Below are positions 1 through 7,150 of a stretch of 32,000 bases of DNA, piece by piece. Position numbers and translations under genes: made by a program. The notes beneath the pieces were generated by a model. The model saw only the letters and a list, made by a program, of their open reading frames with translations. It did no database searches and was not told the DNA's origin. The DNA lies in the NCBI RefSeq assembly GCF_000189295.2, contig NC_016803.1, positions 3,390,001 through 3,422,000 on the forward strand, in the 5' to 3' direction. This DNA comes from Pseudodesulfovibrio mercurii. Its GTDB lineage: Bacteria > Desulfobacterota > Desulfovibrionia > Desulfovibrionales > Desulfovibrionaceae. Positions within the stretch are counted from its first letter, which is position 1, and each line of letters begins with the position of its first letter.

Positions 1-1
1 G

Positions 2-1009
2 GCCTGGATTCAGGTCCTGGCCACGCCCATCCTGTCCATCACCGTGGTCCTGATCGTGGTCGAGCGGCTGCTCGGCATGGGCATCTTCGACCCGGCGCGG
101 GGCGGGGACCCGATCCTCTACCAGCACCTCTTCTGGATCTACTCCCACCCGGCGGTGTACATTATGATCCTGCCCGCCATGGGGGTCGTCTCGGACATCA
201 TCCCGGTCTTCTGCCGCAAGTCCATCTTCGGCTACAAGACCATCGTGGGCTCGTCCCTGGCCATCGCCTTCGCGGGCTCCCTGGTCTGGGCGCACCACAT
301 GTTCGTGTCCGGCATGTCCGACACGGCGGTCATGGTCTTCTCCTTCCTGACCTTCATCGTGGCCGTGCCCTCGGCCATCAAGGTCTTCAACTGGCTGTCC
401 ACCATGTACAAGGGGTCCATCCGGCTGGAGCCGCCGCTGGTCTTCGCGCTCGGCTTCATCCTGCTCTTCGCCATGGGCGGCATCACCGGCCTGGTGCTCG
501 GCTCCGCGGGCACGGACATGCACGTCCACGACACCTACTTCGTGGTCGGCCATTTCCACTATGTCATCTTCGGCGGCACGGGCTTCGGCATGTTCGCCGC
601 CATCCACTACTGGTTCCCCAAGATGTACGGCAGGATGTACAACCGCAGGCTGGCGACCACGGCGGCCCTGATCCTGATCGTCGGCCTGAACGGGCTGTAC
701 TTCCCCATGTACCTGCTCGGCCTGGAGGGCATGCCCCGGCGCTATTACGACTACCTGCCGCAGTTCACCTCCCTGCACCAGCTGTCCACCTACGGCTCGT
801 GGATCACCTTCGTGGGGCTCGCGCTCATGCTCGGGAACCTGATCCATTCGCGCTACCGGGGCGAGCCCGTGGGCCGCAACCCGTGGAAGGCGGCCACCCT
901 GGAGTGGACCCTGCCGTCCCCGCCGCCCACGCACAACTTCGACACCGAGCCGGTGGTCACCCACGGGCCCTACGACTTCAGCGAAGCGAGGGACGATGAC
1001 GGCGCATAG
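2..1009 (+). CDS. ctaD: cytochrome c oxidase subunit I (heme-copper oxidase catalytic subunit), C-terminal ~335 codons; 5' end lies outside the window
   Basis: The frame is open from base 2; track ORF 44..1009 is the same frame starting at an internal GTG. Hallmark motifs are WAHHMF (CuB His pair) and HDTYFVVGHFHYV (heme ligand region). Stop TAG at 1007-1009. Followed by subunits III, IV and II. Confidence 0.95.
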   Translation, partial: AWIQVLATPILSITVVLIVVERLLGMGIFDPARGGDPILYQHLFWIYSHPAVYIMILPAMGVVSDIIPVFCRKSIFGYKTIVGSSLAIAFAGSLVWAHHMFVSGMSDTAVMVFSFLTFIVAVPSAIKVFNWLSTMYKGSIRLEPPLVFALGFILLFAMGGITGLVLGSAGTDMHVHDTYFVVGHFHYVIFGGTGFGMFAAIHYWFPKMYGRMYNRRLATTAALILIVGLNGLYFPMYLLGLEGMPRRYYDYLPQFTSLHQLSTYGSWITFVGLALMLGNLIHSRYRGEPVGRNPWKAATLEWTLPSPPPTHNFDTEPVVTHGPYDFSEARDDDGA

Positions 1010-1592
1010 GGACGACCTCGGGGCCAAGATGGGCATGTGGATCTTCCTGTTCACGGAGATCCTGCTCTTCGGCGGCCTGTTCGTGCTCTATTCGGTGACG
1101 CTCGGCCGCTACCCCACGGAGTTCCACGAGGCGAGCAGGCTGCTGGACGTGACCCTGGGGACCACCAACACCGTGGTCCTGATCACCTCGAGCCTGTTCG
1201 CGGCCCTGTCCGTGGTCGGCCTGCGGAAGGGCAGCCCCCGGACGGCCAAGGCGTGCATGGCGGTCACCCTGGCCCTGGCCTGCTGCTTCCTGGTCATCAA
1301 GTATTTCGAGTGGTCCCACAAGATTCACGCGGGCATCTACCCCGGCGGGGAGACGCTCATCCAGTGGGAGCCGGGCAAGCAGGCCTTCTTCTCCCTCTAC
1401 TATACCATGACCGGCCTGCACGGCCTGCACGTGATCATCGGCATGGGCGTGTTCCTGTGGGTCTGGACCCGCATGGCGGCGGGCGCCTGCACCCCGGATC
1501 ACTTCGTGGCCCTGGAGAACGCCGGGCTGTACTGGCACCTGGTGGACCTCATCTGGATCTACCTCTTTCCGCTCTATTACCTTATCACCTAG
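996..1592 (+). CDS. cytochrome c oxidase subunit III
   Basis: 198 aa polytopic membrane protein. The GMWIFLFTEILLFGGLF and HGLHVIIG / YWHLVDLIWIYLF motifs are typical of subunit III. The ATG at 996 overlaps the subunit I stop by 14 nt; an alternative start is the ATG at 1029. Confidence 0.9.
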   Translation: MTAHRDDLGAKMGMWIFLFTEILLFGGLFVLYSVTLGRYPTEFHEASRLLDVTLGTTNTVVLITSSLFAALSVVGLRKGSPRTAKACMAVTLALACCFLVIKYFEWSHKIHAGIYPGGETLIQWEPGKQAFFSLYYTMTGLHGLHVIIGMGVFLWVWTRMAAGACTPDHFVALENAGLYWHLVDLIWIYLFPLYYLIT

Positions 1593-1603
1593 GCGGAGGC
1601 GGC

Positions 1604-1897
1604 ATGAACGAACACGAGCAGACGAAACGCCACGGGCCGGGCTACGGCCTGTTCATCGCGGTCTGGGCCGCGCTCATGGTCCTGACGGCCGTCACCGTGG
1701 AGGTCTCGACCATCCACCTGGGCTTCCTGAACGTGGTCGCGGCCATGGCCATCGCCTCGGTCAAGGCGTCCCTGGTGGTCTTTTTCTTCATGCACCTCAA
1801 GTATGAGAACCGGACCCTCAAGATCATGGTTCTGGTGGCCTTCGTCATCCTGGCCATCTTCATCGGATTCACCTTTTTCGACACGGCGAACAGGTAG
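1604..1897 (+). CDS. cytochrome c oxidase subunit IV family small membrane protein (prokaryotic CoxIV/CyoD-like)
   Basis: ATG at 1604 inside track ORF 1037..1897, giving 97 aa with three hydrophobic helices. Its position between subunits III and II fits. GGAGG lies at 1595-1599 upstream. The part of the track ORF 5' of 1604 overlaps coxIII out of frame. Confidence 0.8.
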   Translation: MNEHEQTKRHGPGYGLFIAVWAALMVLTAVTVEVSTIHLGFLNVVAAMAIASVKASLVVFFFMHLKYENRTLKIMVLVAFVILAIFIGFTFFDTANR

Positions 1898-1900
1898 GCC

Positions 1901-3124
1901 ATGTATCCGCAGATATTCAGCGCGGCCAGACAGGTGGACCAGGCCTTCCTGATCATTCTCGGGTTCGCCGTGTTCATCCTGGTGGCCGTGACCGCGACCA
2001 TGCTCTGGTTCCTGTGGCGCTACAACTGGCGGCGCAATCCGGTACCCACGGACATCAAGGGGTCCGTGGGCCTGGAGATTCTCTGGACCGTCCTGCCCAC
2101 CCTGATCGTGCTCGGCCTGTTCTGGACCGGCTGGACCTCGTTCAAGGCCATGCGGACCATCCCGGAAGGGGCCATGACCGTGGCCGTGGAGGGGCGCATG
2201 TGGTCCTGGCGGTTCACCTACGGAAACGGCAAGACCTCCGGGGAGCTGGTCATCCCGGTGGACACCCCGGTCAAGCTGACCCTGACCACCCGCGACGTGA
2301 TCCACTCCTTCTACGTCCCGGCCATGCGCGTGAAGTGGGACCTGGTGCCGGGCATGGACACCGACGCCTGGATTCAGTCCGACACCGTGGGCGACTACGA
2401 CATCTTCTGCGCAGAGTACTGCGGGCTCAAGCACGCGGACATGATCACCATCCTGCGGGTGGTGGACAAGGCGGAGTTCGAGACCTGGCTGAACGGCCGG
2501 GACGAGCCCGAGGAGGAGGAACTGGGCCTCTCCCTGCTTGAGGAGTACGGCTGCTTCGAGTGCCATTCCCAGGACCTCTCCGCCGAGAACGCCCCGAGCC
2601 TGCTCGACCTGGGCGGCAGGCGGGAGACCGTGATCCTGCGCGACGGCACGGAAAAGACGATCACGCCCGACGCCGCGTACATCCGTCAGTCCGTGCGCGA
2701 CCCCGGCGCGGCCCTGGTCAAGGGGTGGGACGACGGCATGCCGCCCTATGGGGACGAGCTGTCCGACGCACAGCTGGACATCATGGCCGCCTACCTGCTC
2801 AAGGGCGGCAAGGCCGAGGACAAGGGCGCGGCCCTGGCCGACGAACTCGGCTGCCTGGGCTGCCATACGGCCACGGGCGAGGACGACGTGGGCCCGACCT
2901 TCCTCGGCCTGTACGGGGCCGAGCGCAAGGGCAGGACCGCCGACGGCAAGCCCTACGCCCTCAAGGCGGACGACGACTACATCCGCCGGGCCATCACCGA
3001 TCCCTCGGCCAACGTGCCCGACGGGTTCGACGACGGCATGCCCGCCTTCGACGACCTGGACGCCGCGTCCGTGGACCAGCTCCTCGGCTATATCAGATCC
3101 CTGGGCAAGGAGGGCGACCAATGA
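1901..3124 (+). CDS. coxB: cytochrome c oxidase subunit II fused to a C-terminal di-heme cytochrome c domain
   Basis: 407 aa with two N-terminal TM helices. CuA motif HSFYVP ... CAEYCGLKHADM. Two CXXCH heme c sites (CFECH, CLGCH). The start is 3 nt after the subunit IV stop. Confidence 0.93.
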   Translation: MYPQIFSAARQVDQAFLIILGFAVFILVAVTATMLWFLWRYNWRRNPVPTDIKGSVGLEILWTVLPTLIVLGLFWTGWTSFKAMRTIPEGAMTVAVEGRMWSWRFTYGNGKTSGELVIPVDTPVKLTLTTRDVIHSFYVPAMRVKWDLVPGMDTDAWIQSDTVGDYDIFCAEYCGLKHADMITILRVVDKAEFETWLNGRDEPEEEELGLSLLEEYGCFECHSQDLSAENAPSLLDLGGRRETVILRDGTEKTITPDAAYIRQSVRDPGAALVKGWDDGMPPYGDELSDAQLDIMAAYLLKGGKAEDKGAALADELGCLGCHTATGEDDVGPTFLGLYGAERKGRTADGKPYALKADDDYIRRAITDPSANVPDGFDDGMPAFDDLDAASVDQLLGYIRSLGKEGDQ

Positions 3125-3975
3125 TCGCGGACCGGCTCGCGTCCATGGCGGCCCTGATCCGGCCCAAGGTCAGCCTGGCCGTGGCGGCCGGGAGCCTGTT
3201 CGGCGCGCTCTACCACGGCCATCTCCACGGCGGCGTGCAGATGGGTGCTGCCTTCACTGCGGCGGCCGGGGCCTTCCTGCTCTGCGGCGGGTGCTCGGCC
3301 CTGAACCAGGTCCAGGAGCGCGGGCGCGACGCGCGCATGGCCCGCACCCGGGAGCGACCCCTGGCCTCGGGGCGCATGACGCCGGGACGGGGGGCGCTCC
3401 GGGCCGGGCTGTTCGGCGGGGCCGGGCTGCTGCTCTTTTTTCTGGCCGGGGGGTGGCCCGTGCTGCTCGCCGGGCTCGCGGTGGTCGCGGTCTACAACGG
3501 GCTGTACACCCCGCTGAAGACGGTCTCGCCCACGGCCCTGCTGGCCGGAGGCGTGGCCGGGGCCGCGCCTCCCCTGACCGGCTGGCTGGCCGCCGGGGGG
3601 CCCGTGCTCGACCCGCACATTCTGGGGGTCACGGCCATCTTCTATCTCTGGCAGGTGCCGCATTTCTGGCTGCTGGCCGAGAAGCACCGCGCGGACTACA
3701 TTCGGGCCGGGTTCGCCGTGCTCGGGCCGGGCCTGGACCCGAAGCTCCGGGCCGGGCTCATGGGCGTCTGGGTAGCGGCCTATTTCACGGCGCTCGGCTG
3801 CTTCGCGGGGCTGGCCGGACCGGCCTCCCTGCGGGCCTTCGTCCCGCCAGTCCTGCTCCTGGCCGGGGCGGCCGCCGCCTGGCTGGCCGCGTCGGACCAC
3901 CCGCGCCCCGCCCTGGCGGCCATGCATTGCTCCCTGCCCCTGGGGCTCGCCACGCTCCTCCTCGCCACCACCTGA
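3121..3975 (+). CDS. cyoE: protoheme IX farnesyltransferase (heme O synthase)
   Basis: ATG at 3121 overlaps the coxB stop (ATGA at 3121-3124). 284 aa polytopic UbiA-family-like protein: NQVQERGRDARMARTRERPLASG, and YLWQVPHFWLLA typical of CyoE/CtaB. Confidence 0.9.
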   Translation: MIADRLASMAALIRPKVSLAVAAGSLFGALYHGHLHGGVQMGAAFTAAAGAFLLCGGCSALNQVQERGRDARMARTRERPLASGRMTPGRGALRAGLFGGAGLLLFFLAGGWPVLLAGLAVVAVYNGLYTPLKTVSPTALLAGGVAGAAPPLTGWLAAGGPVLDPHILGVTAIFYLWQVPHFWLLAEKHRADYIRAGFAVLGPGLDPKLRAGLMGVWVAAYFTALGCFAGLAGPASLRAFVPPVLLLAGAAAAWLAASDHPRPALAAMHCSLPLGLATLLLATT

Positions 3976-3991
3976 GCCCTCAAGGACGACC

Positions 3992-4417
3992 ATGCTCTGG
4001 ATTCATCCCCTGCTCCAACTCGCGGCCCTGCTCCTCGGCGTCCACGTCCTGCGCATGGGCGTCAACCGGTTCCGCTTCCAGCACCTGAAACGCAAGTGCG
4101 CCTTCGACTGGAAGGGGCATGTCCGGTACGGCAAGATCGTGGTCTGGACCTGGCTGGCGGGGCTGGTGATCGGGGCGTACGCGGCCGAGCGGGCCTGGGG
4201 CACGGCGGGACTGACCGGGCCGCATCACGCGGTCGGCCTGATCATGCTGCCGCTCCTTCTGGCCGGGCTGGTCACTGGCTTCATCCTGCAGAAGCCGAGC
4301 GGCAAGCGGCCCGGCCTGGCCCTGGCCCACGGCGCGGCCAACGCGGCCGCCTTCGCCCTGGCCCTGTACCAGGTCTGGTCCGGCGCGGAGGCCGTCCGCC
4401 TCCTGCTGCTCGGCTAG
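3992..4417 (+). CDS. small four-helix integral membrane protein with conserved-looking His residues (DUF4079-like?), function unknown
   Basis: 141 aa with four predicted hydrophobic helices. His residues sit in or near the helices (GVHVL, GPHHAVG, LAHGAAN). High GC3. Lies 16 nt downstream of cyoE on the same strand. Confidence 0.6.
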   Translation: MLWIHPLLQLAALLLGVHVLRMGVNRFRFQHLKRKCAFDWKGHVRYGKIVVWTWLAGLVIGAYAAERAWGTAGLTGPHHAVGLIMLPLLLAGLVTGFILQKPSGKRPGLALAHGAANAAAFALALYQVWSGAEAVRLLLLG

Positions 4418-4430
4418 TCCGGGCTAGTCC
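4412..4430. repeat. tandem direct repeat GGCTAGTCC-G-GGCTAGTCC at the junction of two convergent genes
   Basis: Read directly: 4412-4420 and 4422-4430 are identical. Copy 1 holds the TAG stop of 3992..4417 (+). Copy 2 holds the CTA (TAG on the minus strand) stop of 4424..5134 (-). Confidence 0.7.
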
Positions 4431-5134
4431 TCGAGAAAGTAGTCCACGCTGGTGACCACCCGGACCTTCTTGATCTCCGGGGTGTACTGGTCGCGGTCCT
4501 GGAGGGAGAAATACCCCTGGGAGGCGCGGCGGATGCCGCCCACGCGGGAGCCGGAGTCCTCGGCGAACTGCCGGGCCGCGTCCCGTGCGTTGCGGGTGGC
4601 CTCGGCGATCATGTCCGGCTTGACGGCGTTCAGGCCGGTGAAGGCGAAGGTCGGGCGGAACTCGTAGTTCTGGACCAGGAGCACCCCGCGCGGGACCAGC
4701 TCGCCGGCCACGGACATGGCCTTCTTGACCGTGGCGATGTCGCCCGAGCGCACGGTGATCACGGCCTGGGCCGTGTAGCGGTGGGCGGGCTGCCGGTTCG
4801 GGGAGTCGTACTGGTTCTCCTGGACCCTGGGGGCCGCGTTCATGATCTCGGCCTTGTCCAGCCCCTGCTCCTTGAGGAAAGCCATGACCTCGGCGCGCGA
4901 GCGGGCCAGGGCCGCGTCCAGGTCGGGCAGGGTGTCGGCGGCCACGCTGAAGCTGATGGGCCACATGGCCAGGTCGGCGGCCACCTCGCGCTCGGCCAGT
5001 CCCTTGACCGAGACGTAGCGGTCCATGGCCTTGAAATCGACCAGGGCTCCGGCCAGGACCCAGCAGCCGGCCACGAAGCCGACGGCCAGGATGAGGCCGG
5101 TCAGAAGGGAAGGGGCGAGAGGTCTGCGTTCCAT
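4424..5134 (-). CDS. SIMPL domain-containing protein (DUF541 family), N-terminal membrane anchor or signal
   Basis: 236 aa. N-terminal hydrophobic segment LLTGLILAVGFVAGCWVLAGA. The overall pattern (RYVSVKGLAEREVAADLA ... ARNARDAARQFAEDSGSRVGGIRRASQGYF) is typical of SIMPL/DUF541 proteins. Confidence 0.8.
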   Translation of the reverse strand: MERRPLAPSLLTGLILAVGFVAGCWVLAGALVDFKAMDRYVSVKGLAEREVAADLAMWPISFSVAADTLPDLDAALARSRAEVMAFLKEQGLDKAEIMNAAPRVQENQYDSPNRQPAHRYTAQAVITVRSGDIATVKKAMSVAGELVPRGVLLVQNYEFRPTFAFTGLNAVKPDMIAEATRNARDAARQFAEDSGSRVGGIRRASQGYFSLQDRDQYTPEIKKVRVVTSVDYFLED

Positions 5135-5256
5135 GGGGCGTCCTTTGCGGTTGGGGTGTGGATCGGTTTTGGAGGATACCTCGTTCGCCGGGGCCGGGCA
5201 AGGTGCAGAAGCGGGCGAGAGAGGTCGGGCGTTGCCGTTTTCCCGGTTTTTCGGTT

Positions 5257-5291
5257 AGACTATATTCTGGTATCCGACCCGAAATCCGACC
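5257..5291 (+). promoter_or_regulatory. candidate operator/promoter elements upstream of the thioredoxin-like/peroxiredoxin pair
   Basis: Near-palindrome AGACTATATTCT (5257-5268) overlaps a TATATT -10-like hexamer (5261-5266). It is followed by a direct repeat ATCCGACC at 5272-5279 and 5284-5291 (12-bp period). The -35 is weak (TTTTCC at 5238-5243). Confidence 0.3.
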
Positions 5292-5314
5292 TGCAACCCA
5301 ATGAGGAAAATACG

Positions 5315-5845
5315 ATGAAACGATATATCATGACCCTGGCCGCCTGCCTGCTCCTGTCCACGGGAGCCCTGGCCGCGGACCTCTTCCCGAACGTGGCCCT
5401 GGAGGGCAAGATCAGCCCGGAACAGCGCCAGTACCTGGGCGTGCCCGAACAGGACGCCCGGCTCTCGGACATCGCCTCGGACTTCGTGCTCGTGGAGGTG
5501 TTCAGCATGTACTGCCCCATCTGCCAGCACGACGCGCCAGGGGTGAACGAGATGTTCGCCAAGACCCTGGCCTCGGACAAGGCGGACAAGGTGCGCTTCG
5601 TGGGCATCGCGGCGGGCAACACCCCGTTCGAGGTGGCCTTCTACCGCAAGAAGTTCGACGTCCGATTCCCGCTCTTCGAGGACCCGGACTACACGGCCCA
5701 CAAGGCCGTGGGCAACGTCGGGACCCCGGCCTACTACCTGGTGGACATGCGCGACCGCAAGCGGGCGATCCTGCTCTTCCACGAGGGCGAGATCAAGGAC
5801 AAGGACGCTTTCCTGAAGAACATGCTGGAACTGGTGGGAAAATAG
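5315..5845 (+). CDS. secreted thioredoxin-fold thiol:disulfide oxidoreductase (TlpA/redoxin-like)
   Basis: ATG at 5315 with AGGAAAA at 5303-5309. Signal peptide MKRYIMTLAACLLLSTGALAAD. CxxC active site in VEVFSMYCPICQHD. 176 aa. Confidence 0.85.
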   Translation: MKRYIMTLAACLLLSTGALAADLFPNVALEGKISPEQRQYLGVPEQDARLSDIASDFVLVEVFSMYCPICQHDAPGVNEMFAKTLASDKADKVRFVGIAAGNTPFEVAFYRKKFDVRFPLFEDPDYTAHKAVGNVGTPAYYLVDMRDRKRAILLFHEGEIKDKDAFLKNMLELVGK

Positions 5846-5854
5846 GGGGTAGCC

Positions 5855-6433
5855 ATGAAACGCGCGCTGTTGTTCACCCTGCTGGCCTGGTGTCTGCTGG
5901 CCCCGGGAGCCCTGGCCGGGCACATGGAGACCTTCGATCCGGGCAAGCTCAAGCCCACGGACTCGACCCTCAAGGTCAAGGTCGGCGATCCGGCCCCGGA
6001 CTTCACCCTGCGCGAGATCAAGGGCGGCACGGTCTCCCTGCACGATTACCTGGGCAAGAAAAACGTGGTCCTGTCCTTCGTGCCTGCGGCCTGGACCCCG
6101 GTCTGCTCGGACCAGTGGCCGGGCTACAACCTGGCCCTGGACATGATCCACGACCTGGGCGCCGAGGTCATCGGCATCAGCGAGGACAACACCCCGTCCC
6201 AGGCCATGTGGGTCAAGGCCATGCACGGCCTGAACTTCCCGGTGCTGTCCGATTTCTGGCCCCACGGCAAGGCGGCGGGCGCGCTGGGCGTCCTCAGGAG
6301 CGACGGCACGGCCGAGCGGGCCATCTTCATCATTGATAGGCAGGGGATCATCCGCTACATCGACGTCCACGACATCAACTCGCGGCCCGACCTGGGCGGC
6401 ATTGTCAACGAACTGGAAAAACTCGCCGAGTAG
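5855..6433 (+). CDS. secreted peroxiredoxin (AhpC/TSA family)
   Basis: 192 aa. Signal peptide MKRALLFTLLAWCLLAPGALAG. Peroxidatic Cys motif FVPAAWTPVCSDQ. Starts 9 nt after the preceding gene. Confidence 0.9.
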   Translation: MKRALLFTLLAWCLLAPGALAGHMETFDPGKLKPTDSTLKVKVGDPAPDFTLREIKGGTVSLHDYLGKKNVVLSFVPAAWTPVCSDQWPGYNLALDMIHDLGAEVIGISEDNTPSQAMWVKAMHGLNFPVLSDFWPHGKAAGALGVLRSDGTAERAIFIIDRQGIIRYIDVHDINSRPDLGGIVNELEKLAE

Positions 6434-6436
6434 CCT

Positions 6437-7150
6437 CTAGTCGCCGGTCAGGGTCTCCCGTTCGCGGTCGAACAGCTCGGCGAACCTGGTGATGCCCAGG
6501 GTCTCGAACACGGACCGGAAGTTGCTCGACAGTCCGGCCAGGAAGATGCGCGTGCCGCCCGTGTGGCCGCGCAGCAGTTCGGTCAGGCCGGTGATGCCCG
6601 CGCCGTTGATGGAGGCGTTCTTCTCGAACTCGATGAGCACGGCCTCCTTGCCCATGGCCACGGCCTGCTCGAAGGCTTCGATCAGCCGGGGCATGGTCAT
6701 GGCCGAGACGTTGCCGCGCACGCCGATGACCGCGGCCCGGCTCTTCTCCTCAAGGACCACCTGGCCCTCGGCGTTGCGGGCGATGGTCATGCGCTCCCTG
6801 GCCCGGGTCAGGGCCTTTTCCAGGGCCTCGCGCTTGAGCGGCTTGTTGATGAAGTCCGTGGCGTCGAGGTTCAGGGCCTGGATGGCCAGGTCCATGTCGC
6901 CGTGGCCGGTGATGACGATGACCTCGGCGGCGGGATTGAGCTTCTTGATGGCCTTCAGGGCCTCGATGCCGTCCATGATCGGCATCTTGATGTCCGTCAG
7001 CACCAGTGCCGGGGATTCCCGCTTGAAGATCTCGACCCCCTCCAGGCCGTTCTCCGCGGTCAGCACTTCATAGCCGTAGGCGGTGAGCAGGAGGGTGAAC
7101 ATCTTCAGGGTGGGCCTTTCGTCGTCTATGACCAGTACTTTGTGGTTCAT
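6437..7150 (-). CDS. response regulator with receiver domain fused to a STAS (anti-sigma-factor-antagonist-like) output domain
   Basis: The real start is the ATG at 7150 ([11 protein letters not shown]...), which overlaps the kinase stop (ATGA at 7147-7150). REC motifs are LVLTDIKMPIMDG and FINKPL. The C-terminal ~100 aa (AVIGVRGNVSAMTMPRLIEAF...VLIEFEKNASINGAGITGLTELL...FLAGLSSNFRSVFETLGI) looks like a STAS fold. The rest of track ORF 6437..8446 is an out-of-frame overlay on the kinase gene. Confidence 0.88.
   Translation of the reverse strand: MNHKVLVIDDERPTLKMFTLLLTAYGYEVLTAENGLEGVEIFKRESPALVLTDIKMPIMDGIEALKAIKKLNPAAEVIVITGHGDMDLAIQALNLDATDFINKPLKREALEKALTRARERMTIARNAEGQVVLEEKSRAAVIGVRGNVSAMTMPRLIEAFEQAVAMGKEAVLIEFEKNASINGAGITGLTELLRGHTGGTRIFLAGLSSNFRSVFETLGITRFAELFDRERETLTGD

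Noticed and set aside
1589-3121. 510-aa ORF on the minus strand opposite coxIV/coxII.
   Set aside because: It is a GC-driven shadow ORF. The translation is low-complexity (G/R/P/H/V-rich) and it has no SD. The plus strand carries unmistakable CuA and CXXCH motifs.
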